A DNA stretch of 64,000 bases from an uncultured bacterium (GCA_963977015.1 CAXBMO010000017.1:80719-144718); one strand, 5' to 3'; shown: positions 26,396 through 36,071, counted from the stretch's first letter. The notes: generated from the letters alone by a model not told the origin. Program-made: numbers and translations.

Positions 26396-27327
26396 ATTGG
26401 CATCCTGCCAACACGAAACGCGGTTCATCGTTGCTCGCGGTTTTTTGGCTGCTCGCGATTTTGAGTTTTGCGGTTTTTACGAGCCTGAACTTTGTCGTCG
26501 GTCAGGTCGAAACGCAATCGACGCAAAAACAGGCATTTCGAGCCGAGCAAATGATCGAGCGAGGATTGGCCATTGCCGCGCACCCCAATGTCATTGAGGG
26601 GAGTCCTCTCCTGACATTCGAATCGACCGATGACTTTGAATCTCTCGAAGTCAGCTTGAGAAGCGAAGCGGCGCGCTTCAATCTCAACACCTTGCTCCTG
26701 AACGAGGAACGGGAGCTTCTCGAGAGTATTTTTGGATTTTGGGGCCTCGGCATGGGGGAGACGGCAGATTTGATCGACCGATTGATGGATTGGGTTGATG
26801 GCGACGATCTCGTGCGAGCCAGTGGCGCGGAACGCGATGCCTACGAGGAAGCCGGTCTCATCGGTCTTCCCTTCAATCGCCCGTTCCAAACTCTGGACGA
26901 AGTTTCACAAGTTCGCGGCATGGATGCGGTCAGCGCTCAATTTCCCGAATGGCGCGATTGGTTCACGCTTTGGAGTTCAACCGGCCAACTGGACCTGAAT
27001 GCGGCCGCCTCCCCGCTCATTCAAGTCGCCTGCGGCTGTTCGCCCATCGCCGCGGACCAATTCATTCTTTCCCGAAACGGGCCGGACGGAATCCCGGACA
27101 CCGAAGACGACCTGCGTTTTCAGACACTGGACGATGTCTTGTCTCTTTTGGGAGCCACGGGGTTGCCGCCGGAGCAGATTTCATCGCGATTAACCTTCAG
27201 AGAGCCGGTGAAGCGGGTTGCGATTGTGGCTTTGGTAGGGAACTATGGGGCGCGTCGCGACGTCGTTCTCACCAAGGGCAACGGCGAGCTGAGATTCCAC
27301 TATTGGCGCGATTCCGTCATTCCATGA
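26392..27327 (+). CDS. gspK: Minor pseudopilin GspK
   Basis: KRG|SSLLAVFW (no Glu5), EAARFNLN, LMDWVDGDD, GAE..Y, NRPF, LDLNAA. Confidence 0.9.
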   Translation: MNWHPANTKRGSSLLAVFWLLAILSFAVFTSLNFVVGQVETQSTQKQAFRAEQMIERGLAIAAHPNVIEGSPLLTFESTDDFESLEVSLRSEAARFNLNTLLLNEERELLESIFGFWGLGMGETADLIDRLMDWVDGDDLVRASGAERDAYEEAGLIGLPFNRPFQTLDEVSQVRGMDAVSAQFPEWRDWFTLWSSTGQLDLNAAASPLIQVACGCSPIAADQFILSRNGPDGIPDTEDDLRFQTLDDVLSLLGATGLPPEQISSRLTFREPVKRVAIVALVGNYGARRDVVLTKGNGELRFHYWRDSVIP

Positions 27328-28535
27328 GTTCCACCACTTCAGCACAAACGCTTCTCTTTCCTGGCTCGCAGGACTGGGAACCTTGGGTTGTCGATAAGCA
27401 GGGCCGCTGGATTCCTGCCGCCAAGGGCGCGTCCTTCTCGGAGGTCAGCGTCATGGCAATCCCGACGCGTTCCCTGTGCGCATTTCCGCTGACAGTGGCC
27501 TCCGACGATCCTACGGTCGTGAAAGGCATGATTCGCGTTCAGCTGGAGAGTCGCGGCATCCTTCTCAACGAATCCGACACGGAAACGATCAGCTATCTGA
27601 AAGTTTCGTCGAACAGGGACCAAATTCAGATTCTTGCGTTCGCCCTTCTCGATCACCAAGTGAACGATGGATCGACCGAAGCGGATGAATTTGAGCCATC
27701 AGCTTATTTTCATGCCGTTCCGGAAGATGGAATTCTGCTTTGGCGAGAACTAGGCCACTGGGTCGCGATGTTTGCCCGCGGAAAACAGCCGGCCCATGTG
27801 CAAAGTCTCTCCCAGCCGGAACTGAATGAAGACGCGATTCAGGAAATCCAGTCGATTCAGGAAGGATTGATTCTTCAAGAATTGATCGATTCCCCGAAAG
27901 TCGTCGAAATCGTCAAGACGGATACGCTTGGGCCGGAAGAAGTGGCTTTGGTCGGGCTCAACTTCAAAACCGAAGTTCGCGTTCGGGAACGTTCGCCCCT
28001 CGCCAAGGTGGAAACCAAATCACAGCTTGTTCCCGAGTCCGTCGCCGAAGCTCGCCGATCACAGACCCTGAAAAAGCGCATCATTTGGGGAATTGCGGCC
28101 GCGTTTGGGCTCTACGCGATTTTCCTCGGCGCATGGGCCGCCCAGCTCTGGATGAAGGATCAAGAGATCGTGGCGCTGAAGGAAACCGTCGAGGAATTGG
28201 AACCTGAGGCGAGCAAAGTTCGCCAGGCGCGCCTCGAAGTTGAAGAATTGCGCCCTTCGTTCGACTACCGACTTTTTCCCATCGAACTCTTCAATCGCTG
28301 CGTTGAAATTCTACCGGAGGAAGGGATTCGATTGACCCACTTTGAAATCTTACCCGGCTCGATCGTGCTCCGGGGCGAAGCGAGCAGTTCGACGGCCGCC
28401 GTAACCTGGAAAGCCCGCCTTCGCAGCAGTGATTCCTTCCGCGAATACCGTTGGGATTTCCCTCAGCCCGCTATTCTGCAGGACAATCGCGCCGTTTTTA
28501 CCGCAACCGGAATTTTACCAGGCTTTGAAGAATGA
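27324..28535 (+). CDS. gspL: GspL/PilM-PilN-like assembly protein
   Basis: ATG at 27324 overlapping the gspK stop; cytoplasmic domain, single TM after KKR, PilN-like periplasmic domain (LPEEGIRLTHF..LRGEA). Confidence 0.7.
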   Translation: MSSTTSAQTLLFPGSQDWEPWVVDKQGRWIPAAKGASFSEVSVMAIPTRSLCAFPLTVASDDPTVVKGMIRVQLESRGILLNESDTETISYLKVSSNRDQIQILAFALLDHQVNDGSTEADEFEPSAYFHAVPEDGILLWRELGHWVAMFARGKQPAHVQSLSQPELNEDAIQEIQSIQEGLILQELIDSPKVVEIVKTDTLGPEEVALVGLNFKTEVRVRERSPLAKVETKSQLVPESVAEARRSQTLKKRIIWGIAAAFGLYAIFLGAWAAQLWMKDQEIVALKETVEELEPEASKVRQARLEVEELRPSFDYRLFPIELFNRCVEILPEEGIRLTHFEILPGSIVLRGEASSSTAAVTWKARLRSSDSFREYRWDFPQPAILQDNRAVFTATGILPGFEE

Positions 28536-29062
28536 TGAAGCGCTTCAACCAACGCGAATTGATTCTGCTGGGAGCGTTTTTGTTGCTCATTGCCTTTGCC
28601 ATTCACACGGTGATTGCCGGGGCACTTTCCAAACGCAATAGCAACCTGCAAGCTGAACTCCGCGAGCTAACGCTTCAAAAAGTGGAAGCCGAGACCCTGC
28701 TTGAGGAGCGCAAGTTCTGGATCCAGCAGCATCAATGGGTTCAGCAACATCAACCGCAGTTCGTTTCAGATGAGGAGGCTGAAAAGGAGCTTTTGAAGCT
28801 GGCGGAATCCGCCGCCACCCGGTCTCTCAAAGTCAATCAACGGGAATTGCTTGAGATTCAGCGCAATAGCCAGTTCATTGAAGCGGGAATGCGGCTTCAA
28901 GTTTCCGGCGAACTCAAGAATTTGATCAGCTGGCTCCATCAGGTCCAGGATCCGCGCCAATTTCGCGAGGTTCGTGACTTTACGATCACCCCGGACAAAA
29001 CGGATGAGTCGCTGGTCAATTGCAGCCTTTCCTTCTTCCGTCGCTACCGAGATCCATCATGA
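28532..29062 (+). CDS. gspM: GspM/PilO-like protein
   Basis: NQRELILL + TM, coiled coil, ferredoxin-like C-terminus (LQVSGELKNLISWLHQV). Confidence 0.72.
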   Translation: MMKRFNQRELILLGAFLLLIAFAIHTVIAGALSKRNSNLQAELRELTLQKVEAETLLEERKFWIQQHQWVQQHQPQFVSDEEAEKELLKLAESAATRSLKVNQRELLEIQRNSQFIEAGMRLQVSGELKNLISWLHQVQDPRQFREVRDFTITPDKTDESLVNCSLSFFRRYRDPS

Positions 29063-29586
29063 AACCTTCCGCAGTTTTCCTCCTCGTTATTGGAGCCGGC
29101 ATCGTTTCCTCGTTTGCCCAGGAGTCCTGGAGCCCCACCTATCCAACGTTGGAGCGTTACCGGGCAACTTGGGAAAAAAGTCCTTTTGATCGCGACACGG
29201 TAGCCTCGGTACAGCCCAGTTTTGCCGAGGACTATGCACTCACCGGAATTTCTCGAATCGGAGACGATTGGACGATCCTGCTCGTTGATCGCAAGACCCG
29301 GAAATACCTCCCCATCAGCAGTAGCGACAAAAACAGCGAACTGAAAATCGTCGAGGTCTTTCCGAACAGCGACCGGAGACAGGCCAAGGTCAAAATTGCC
29401 AAGGGAAAGCAGGAAGCAATCTTGAACTTCGATCCCAACTTCAACCAGCCAATCGGCGGGAAAAAGGCCAAGCCCAACGCCCAACCCGAGGCGGTGGAAG
29501 TGAAAGCGGCAGAGCCCCCTCCGAAGCGCCTGAAGTTGCGGATTCCGAAAAAAGACGAGGCCGTATCCAAAAAGCCTGCCGGATAG
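29059..29586 (+). CDS. GspC/PilP-like exported protein
   Basis: ATG at 29059; hydrophobic N-terminus; SPF..YALTGIS..LKIVEV beta domain reminiscent of the GspC-HR/PilP fold; sits between gspM and gspD. Confidence 0.5.
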   Translation: MKPSAVFLLVIGAGIVSSFAQESWSPTYPTLERYRATWEKSPFDRDTVASVQPSFAEDYALTGISRIGDDWTILLVDRKTRKYLPISSSDKNSELKIVEVFPNSDRRQAKVKIAKGKQEAILNFDPNFNQPIGGKKAKPNAQPEAVEVKAAEPPPKRLKLRIPKKDEAVSKKPAG

Positions 29587-29652
29587 CTAAAAACCCTGCC
29601 GATCAACGGGTGACATTTGTCTTGCGACATTAGGAATTCATCTTAATGTTAA

Positions 29653-31866
29653 GACATCTTTACTATCTACCATTCGAAATTAAATTGGCAAATTCTGATC
29701 CTCTCGATCGGAATTTTCCACGTTCAATGCGGCTCGTCATTTGCTCAAAACAATCAGGCAACCGTTAGCCTGCAGTTCTCAGACGCGCCGATTCCCTTCA
29801 TTCTGGGTGAGTATGAAAAGCTGACCAACCAGAAAATCATTCGGGATGCGGCGATCGATGGCGAGTTTTTGTCGATCGAAACGAATGCGACGATGACCAA
29901 GGAAGAAGCGGCGGAATTCATCGAGAAAAGCCTGCTGCTGAATGGATACGTCCTGATTCCCAGTGGCCCGGACACGATGAAAATCGTCACTGAGGAAAGA
30001 GTGCCCCGCAGCGAGGGCGTTCCGGTGATTCTCCACCCGTCCGATTTGCCCAAAGGTGACCAACTGGTGACCTACCTGATGAGCCTTTCCAACGTTCCCG
30101 CCGAACAGGTGCTTGAAGCCTTTCGCACGATTTCACCATCTCATGGATATGGCGAAATCACGGTGCTTCCAGACGGCGCATCGCTCGCGATCACCGACAA
30201 TTCAGCAGTCATTCGGCGCTACATCGAGTTGCAGGGTTTTGTGGATGTTCCAACGGCCGAACAAGTGACCAAGTCCTTTCGGCTCGAGCGTTCTGACGCG
30301 TTGGAAGTCGTCGAGCAGTTGGAGAAGTTTCTCATCAAGGACGAGGATGAGCCCGCCCAGCCGTCCAACGGAGACGTTCCAAGACAAGCTGGCCAACGCG
30401 TTCTCGCGCCAACCGTCGCGGCAATTCCGCGCACCAACCGGGTTCTGGTTCAGGCTCATCCGACCCAAATGCTCTTTGTCGAGCGCCTTATCACGGAACT
30501 CGATGCGCCTTCCGACACCAGCAATCACATCACCTGTGCCCTGCGTTATCTTCCGGTGCTGGAGTTTCTCCCCATCGCACAGGATGCTCTGAACCGGGGC
30601 AAGGACGACGGCTCCAATGTGGACTTTGATGAATTCAGCCGAAACTCCAGCAACCGGCAGTCAACGTCTTCCCCCTTTTCGACCATCAATCAGAATGGGC
30701 TCTCCGACGGTCCGCGCGAATCCCTCGGCGAACCTACGGACGTTGGCGGTCCCCGCTCGCTTGTGGTTGGCCATACCCTGTTGATCGGCGACCCAACGGC
30801 CAACGAGCTCTTCGCATCGGGTCCTCCGGAACAATTGGCGCTTCTCAGCCGCCTCATCGCTCACCTCGACAAAAAGCCCCGGCAGATTTTCCTCTCCACC
30901 GTCATTGGTCAGCTGACCTTGGGTGACAACCTGAATTTCGGTCTCGATGTCGTTCAGTCGATCGACGGATTCAATGTGGGTGGCGATTCGGTCTCGACTG
31001 CCGGCTCCTTTCGAACTCGAAATGCTGCAGCCCCAATTCTGGATCCGCTCGGGCTCGGCGCGGTTGCGGACTTTGCGGGAAATTTCCCAACCGGCCTCAC
31101 TGTTTACGGGCAAATCGGCGACCATATTTCCGTCATTCTCGACGCCCTCCAGCAGACCTCCAAGTTCACCGTGATGTCCCGGCCGTCCGTCTTTACGTTG
31201 AACAATGAGAAAGCCGTGATTCAGACGGGTCAACGAATCGCCGTTCCCGTCAACACGCTCTCCAGCCTGAATACGGGCACCGACAACGCCGCCGTAGCCT
31301 CCAGCATTCAGTTTCAGGACGTCGTTCTTCGGCTCGAAGTCATTCCTTTGATCAACTCAGCCGACGAAGTCACCTTGCAGATCTCCCAGGTCAACGATGA
31401 CATCATCGGCAGCACGGTCGTCAGTGGCAACGAGATCCCAACGATCGGCACCCAGGAACTGCGCACCACGGTAATTGTGCCGAATAAGGCGACGATCCTG
31501 CTTGGTGGACTCATTTCCGAAGACACAACCGACGGACAAACCGGCCTGCCGTTTCTGACCCGGATTCCGGTGGTGAAACATCTTTCTGGAACCACCAACC
31601 GCTCTCTCAACCGGCAGGAACTGCTGATCTTCATCCAGCCTCAGATCGTCGGGAATGAAGAAGCTCTCGCCATCGCCAATGCCGACACGCTCGACCGAAC
31701 TTCGCTTCGTCAGCAGGCCTTGGAATTCGCCTCGTCTCCCCAGACGCCGTTGATTGTTCCATCAACCAGGCCAGTTCCCCAAGGGATGGTTCGCCCGCAG
31801 GAAGCGCCCGCCACTCCCCAGAATTTCGGCCTTCGTGCACTTCTGAAGAAGAAAGAGAAACGGTAG
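29653..31866 (+). CDS. gspD: Type II secretion secretin GspD (true start unresolved)
   Basis: N-domains plus secretin core (SRPSVFTLNNEKAVIQTG, LEVIPLIN, LLGGLI, GLPFLTRIP, ELLIFIQPQI). The frame is open from 29653 and encodes a signal peptide and N0 upstream of the track TTG at 29869. Confidence 0.9.
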   Translation, partial: DIFTIYHSKLNWQILILSIGIFHVQCGSSFAQNNQATVSLQFSDAPIPFILGEYEKLTNQKIIRDAAIDGEFLSIETNATMTKEEAAEFIEKSLLLNGYVLIPSGPDTMKIVTEERVPRSEGVPVILHPSDLPKGDQLVTYLMSLSNVPAEQVLEAFRTISPSHGYGEITVLPDGASLAITDNSAVIRRYIELQGFVDVPTAEQVTKSFRLERSDALEVVEQLEKFLIKDEDEPAQPSNGDVPRQAGQRVLAPTVAAIPRTNRVLVQAHPTQMLFVERLITELDAPSDTSNHITCALRYLPVLEFLPIAQDALNRGKDDGSNVDFDEFSRNSSNRQSTSSPFSTINQNGLSDGPRESLGEPTDVGGPRSLVVGHTLLIGDPTANELFASGPPEQLALLSRLIAHLDKKPRQIFLSTVIGQLTLGDNLNFGLDVVQSIDGFNVGGDSVSTAGSFRTRNAAAPILDPLGLGAVADFAGNFPTGLTVYGQIGDHISVILDALQQTSKFTVMSRPSVFTLNNEKAVIQTGQRIAVPVNTLSSLNTGTDNAAVASSIQFQDVVLRLEVIPLINSADEVTLQISQVNDDIIGSTVVSGNEIPTIGTQELRTTVIVPNKATILLGGLISEDTTDGQTGLPFLTRIPVVKHLSGTTNRSLNRQELLIFIQPQIVGNEEALAIANADTLDRTSLRQQALEFASSPQTPLIVPSTRPVPQGMVRPQEAPATPQNFGLRALLKKKEKR

Positions 31867-31983
31867 GCGGCAACCGGATAGAGCAGTTCCAATCGGGAGA
31901 GGCGCCGCATCTCAAGCTCACGCGAAGCCAATCTTCAAAAATGAGGACGAACTTGCGCGTCCCGACCTCACTTGAAACGCTCC

Positions 31984-32766
31984 CTAGGCTTTTCCTGATT
32001 CAATCACCGCAAACGCGTTGTGATTGTGGATGGACTCAAAGTTTTCAGCCTCGATGCGATACCAAGTAATGTTATCCTGCTCGTTGGAACGTGCCGCCAC
32101 ATTGCGCACCAGATCTTCCACAAAGACCGGATTGTCGTAAGCGCGCTCAGTCACGGCTTTTTCGTCCGAGCGCTTCAGCAGGCTATAGAGTTCGCTGCTG
32201 GCGCATTGTTCCACCAATTGAATGAGATCCTCGATCCAGATCGGTTCGTTGAATCGCACGGAGTAGGTAACAATGCCGCGTTGATTGTGCGCTCCGCGTT
32301 CGCTGATCGCCTTGGAACAGGGGCAGAGTGTGGTCACCGGGACTTTGACGGTGAGCACAAAATCGATGTCTCCATTCTGGGACTCCAACTCAAAAACGAC
32401 CTCGTAATCGACCATCCCCTTGCGCTCCGTCACCGGCGCTTCCTTCGTCATGAAGTACGGAAACGCGAACTCAATGTGTGATCGCTTTGCGTCGAGGCGC
32501 CCCAACAGCTCCTGGGGGATATTGCAGATGGTGTGAACGTTGAGCTCGGGGCCGTGCGAGTTCAAAACCTCCACAAATCGGCTCATGTGGGTTCCCTTGT
32601 ACTCTTTGGGCAAATCGACCGCCAGGGAGACGGTGGCAACGGTGTGCTGTTCCCGGTTGGCCTTGTCGCTGACACAGACCGGAAATCTCAGGTTTTTCAC
32701 ACCAACGCGATCGATGGCAATATCTCGGTAGTCGGGCTCGTTCTGCGTGTCTTTCAATCCCTGCAT
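31984..32766 (-). CDS. folE2: GTP cyclohydrolase IB
   Basis: LKDTQ, IDRVGV, KGTHMSRF, VTTLCPCSK, AHNQR, LLKRSDEK, FVEDLVR, ESIHNHNA. Confidence 0.96.
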   Translation of the reverse strand: MQGLKDTQNEPDYRDIAIDRVGVKNLRFPVCVSDKANREQHTVATVSLAVDLPKEYKGTHMSRFVEVLNSHGPELNVHTICNIPQELLGRLDAKRSHIEFAFPYFMTKEAPVTERKGMVDYEVVFELESQNGDIDFVLTVKVPVTTLCPCSKAISERGAHNQRGIVTYSVRFNEPIWIEDLIQLVEQCASSELYSLLKRSDEKAVTERAYDNPVFVEDLVRNVAARSNEQDNITWYRIEAENFESIHNHNAFAVIESGKA

Positions 32767-32806
32767 GATGATGGGAGCATTGTGGTTTCGGAACTCTACG
32801 TGCCCT

Positions 32807-32841
32807 GAAAAGAAAAGAGACGACAGAATTCACTGTCGTCT
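32807..32841 (-). terminator. Intrinsic terminator downstream of rpsR
   Basis: Stem AGACGACAG (32818-32826) / CTGTCGTCT (32833-32841), followed on the minus strand by CTTTTCTTTT. Confidence 0.75.
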
Positions 32842-32877
32842 TCTCATCTCAAAGGCTGTGACGAATCAACGGAGCGA

Positions 32878-33117
32878 TTACGCCATCAAATTCAGCGAAC
32901 GCGCAATCTTGATCTCTTTGGTGATCCGGCGATGCAGTTTCGCGGAAACTCCCGTAATGCGTCGTGGATAAATTTTCCCGGTTTCAGTGACAAATTTCCC
33001 CAGAAATTCGGGATGCTTGTAACTGAGCTTTTCTGCAGGAATATCCAAACGCCGACGCGGCATTTTTTTGTTGTTGCGTCGCAGGTTGGCAAGTCGTTGG
33101 CGTGTCTTAGGGACCAT
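32878..33117 (-). CDS. rpsR: 30S ribosomal protein S18 (Cys-free type)
   Basis: [42 protein letters not shown]. Confidence 0.95.
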   Translation of the reverse strand: MVPKTRQRLANLRRNNKKMPRRRLDIPAEKLSYKHPEFLGKFVTETGKIYPRRITGVSAKLHRRITKEIKIARSLNLMA

Positions 33118-33154
33118 AATAAAGGCGTCTAAAAGTTGGCGAAGATCCTCTGAT

Positions 33155-33328
33155 TTACTTCATTTCCCGATGAAGCGTCCGCCGATTCAAATGCGGATTA
33201 AACTTCACCTTTTCCAGTCTTCCTGGAGTCAGAAGGCTTTTCTTATTGCGACGGGTTACATAGCGTGAAGGCTGCTTGCCTTCCGCCTTTGCTTCCGTGC
33301 ATTCTAAAATGATGATCTCACGTGCCAT
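33155..33328 (-). CDS. rpmG: 50S ribosomal protein L33 (zinc-ribbon-less type), 57 aa
   Basis: Not in ORF track. Manual translation: [57 protein letters not shown]. Confidence 0.93.
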   Translation of the reverse strand: MAREIIILECTEAKAEGKQPSRYVTRRNKKSLLTPGRLEKVKFNPHLNRRTLHREMK

Positions 33329-33351
33329 GGGGCGCGTAGATTAGATGAAAA

Positions 33352-33990
33352 TTAGTCGCTGTCAACACCTTCGTTTCCGCCTTCCATCAGGCCGAACAGA
33401 GAACGTGTCGGTCCACGACCATATCCGCGTCCAATTCCGCCGTTCTGCTTCTCCCACTGTTCCTGGCAGGTGACCGTCAATCTGGCGAATGGAACCGCCT
33501 CCAAACGAGCTTCAGGAATCGTATCTCCGGACATCTCACAGATGCCGTAGGTGCCGGATTCGAGGCGCTTGAGAGCTTCGTCGATCTCGTAGAGCGCATC
33601 CTGTTCCTGAGACAGCAGATTGAGGGCAAAATCACGGTCATAGGCATCGCTGCCCGCATCGGCCTGATGCATCCCGAACGCGGAGGCATCACTTCCTTCC
33701 GATCGGGAGCGCAAATTGTCCTGAGCGACCCCGGCCATGGCATCCACCATGTGATCGCGGAGCTCGAGCAATTTCTTTTGCTGCGATTTTTGGAAAGCGG
33801 TCAGTTTGGCCGGCTTCTTTTTCGCCGCTGGCGCCTTCTTCTTTGGAGGAGCCGGCTCCTCAGATTTTTCCGGCGCCTTCGCCTTTGCCGCAGTCACTTT
33901 TTTGGCGGCGGTTTTCTTGGTTGCCGCCTTTTTGGTTCCTGAAGCGGCTTTTTTGGCCGTTGTTTTTTTACTCGCAGCTTTCTTGGCCAT
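33352..33990 (-). CDS. TraR/DksA family transcription factor with histone-like N-terminal tail
   Basis: K/A-rich first ~60 aa; HQADAGSD coiled-coil tip; LYEIDEALKRL..GTYGICEMSG..IPEARLEAVPFARLTVTCQ. Confidence 0.9.
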   Translation of the reverse strand: MAKKAASKKTTAKKAASGTKKAATKKTAAKKVTAAKAKAPEKSEEPAPPKKKAPAAKKKPAKLTAFQKSQQKKLLELRDHMVDAMAGVAQDNLRSRSEGSDASAFGMHQADAGSDAYDRDFALNLLSQEQDALYEIDEALKRLESGTYGICEMSGDTIPEARLEAVPFARLTVTCQEQWEKQNGGIGRGYGRGPTRSLFGLMEGGNEGVDSD

Positions 33991-34162
33991 GAGGGTTTTG
34001 TCTTTTTGGTGTTGTTGGGGGATTTAGAATTGCCCGAATTTCTGTCCGGTCAAAAGCCGGTCTAAGTAGGGCCTAAATTTTAGGTTAGCAAGAGCAAAAC
34101 CCTCGATTTCGGGAATTTTGGAATCACAAATTTTAAAATTTGCCTACTTTGTTCCATCGCGC

Positions 34163-35965
34163 TCATCCACCGGGTTGAAGGGGCCAAAATACCGGGATCA
34201 AAAGCGAAGCGGTAATCCAAAGTATCACCGCCAATGGTGCTCCCGTACGGGCAAAATCGCTGAACTTATAGCCACCCGCTCCGTAAACATAGGTGTTTGT
34301 CTGGTAACCGATTGGGGTCGAAAAACTGGCGCTTGAGCCGAACATGACCGCAATAACGAACGGGCGGGGATCAAAGCCCATTTGCAGACTGATAACGACC
34401 GCAAGGGGCGTAAGAAGCGTCGCAACCGCGTTGTTGCTGATCATTTCCGTCAACACGGCGGCCAACAGATACACCACCGCAATGAGGACCACGCCCGAAC
34501 TCTCTCCGAAAAACCGGGTGGTTGCGGTGGCAATCTCATTGGCAAGCCCGGTCACCTTGAGAGCTTCACCAAGCCCCAACATCCCAAAAATCATGAAGAT
34601 GACTTTCCAGTCGATGGCGCTGTAGGCCTCCTTGGCATCGATCGCCCCACTGACGAGCACCAGAAACACTCCGGCGAGGGCAAAGGCAATGATCGGGGTG
34701 TCCAGTTGCCTTGCAAACGCTCCAAAAACCATGAATCCCAAAATCGCCGCCAAGGCAAACGGCGCCTTGGTTCGGCGGAGCGAAGCGTGCTTTGGCTCAC
34801 TCAGGTTCACAAAATCCTTTTGATCAAAGAGTTGCGCCATTTTTCCCGCCGGTCCCTGAACGAGAAGCGTATCGCCAAACTCCAGATTCACCTTTTCAAA
34901 TCGTTCCCTCAAATTCATCCCCCGGCGGTGCACGGCAAGAATGATCACGCCAAAACGCTGACGAAAATTCAGCTCCCGCAAGCTGTGCCCCACCAGCTCC
35001 GAGTCGGGACCAATGATGCCCTCCATGAGGACGGCCGATTCGGTTGAAATCTCTTCCAGACCAAAGACCAATCCCAGCTGTTCCTCAGAAATCTCAACCA
35101 TGCTGGCGACTCGACTCTTGAACACCACAATATCTCCCTCTTCCACCTCCAGCTTGTTCAAGGGCGTCTCGACACGCCGGTCACCTCGGCGCACTTCGAT
35201 AATCCGAATGTTCCGAATCTTGGAAAGCGGCGTTTCGGTCACGATTTTGCCGATCAACTTCGAATCAGGCGTAATGCGAGCCTGGGTGAGGAACTCGCGA
35301 GTCTGGGCGCTTTCGAACAAGGTGGAGAGCGTTACGCGATCCGGCAACAAACGGCGCCCGATCGTGACCAGGTAAAGGCTGGTAATGGCGACAAAGACGA
35401 CTCCAAGCTTTGCCGTTTCGAACATGGTGAAGGGTTCGAGCCCTTCGGTGGAAGCAATATCCGCCGCCAAAAGGTTGGTCGACGTCCCGATCAGGGTGCA
35501 GGTTCCGCCAGCGATCGAGATATAGGAAAGCGGGATGAGGAACCGCGAAGCCTTGAGGTCCAACCGGCGGCAAAGCTGCAGCAGGATCGGCATGAAAACG
35601 ACCACCACCGGAGTGTTGTTCACAAAGGCGGAGAGAGGCGCGACGATCAGCGCCAGAACCATCAGAATGCGAATCTCGCCTTTTCCGGCAATTCGCCCAA
35701 ACCAGTTTCCCATGGCCTCAATCAGCCCGGTCCGTTCCAGGGATGCGCTGAGAATGAACATGCAGGCAACCACGATGGGCGCGGATCTCCCAAACACGTT
35801 GGCCAGGGAGCTATCGTCGAGAACTCCGGTCAGGAGGCAGAGCGTCAAGGCTCCCATCGCCACATAGTCAGGCCGTATCCACTCTCGCAAAAACGCGAGG
35901 AAGACCAGCACGACTAGGGTGGCTACAAAGCATTGCTGCCACAAAATGGGTTCAACATCTGACAT
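34163..35965 (-). CDS. SLC13/DASS family permease with two TrkA-C (RCK_C) domains
   Basis: SAFVNNTPVV, GGTCTLIGTSTNL, two RCK_C domains, TEMISNNA, TPIGYQTN..GGYKFSDF. Confidence 0.92.
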   Translation of the reverse strand: MSDVEPILWQQCFVATLVVLVFLAFLREWIRPDYVAMGALTLCLLTGVLDDSSLANVFGRSAPIVVACMFILSASLERTGLIEAMGNWFGRIAGKGEIRILMVLALIVAPLSAFVNNTPVVVVFMPILLQLCRRLDLKASRFLIPLSYISIAGGTCTLIGTSTNLLAADIASTEGLEPFTMFETAKLGVVFVAITSLYLVTIGRRLLPDRVTLSTLFESAQTREFLTQARITPDSKLIGKIVTETPLSKIRNIRIIEVRRGDRRVETPLNKLEVEEGDIVVFKSRVASMVEISEEQLGLVFGLEEISTESAVLMEGIIGPDSELVGHSLRELNFRQRFGVIILAVHRRGMNLRERFEKVNLEFGDTLLVQGPAGKMAQLFDQKDFVNLSEPKHASLRRTKAPFALAAILGFMVFGAFARQLDTPIIAFALAGVFLVLVSGAIDAKEAYSAIDWKVIFMIFGMLGLGEALKVTGLANEIATATTRFFGESSGVVLIAVVYLLAAVLTEMISNNAVATLLTPLAVVISLQMGFDPRPFVIAVMFGSSASFSTPIGYQTNTYVYGAGGYKFSDFARTGAPLAVILWITASLLIPVFWPLQPGG

Positions 35966-36071
35966 AAGATCACACCACCTGAGGAGGCCCGACTGTGGCG
36001 CGTTTCAGGCAACCGTCAACCCAAGCGCCGCGATCCGACCGATACCTGTCTCGACTTCAGGCGTTGGACGA

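Noticed and set aside
24617-27323. Extended N-termini in the ORF track for gspH, gspI, gspJ and gspL
   Set aside because: They overlap upstream genes; prepilin motifs and coupled start/stop codons place the starts at 24893, 25339, 25739 and 27324.
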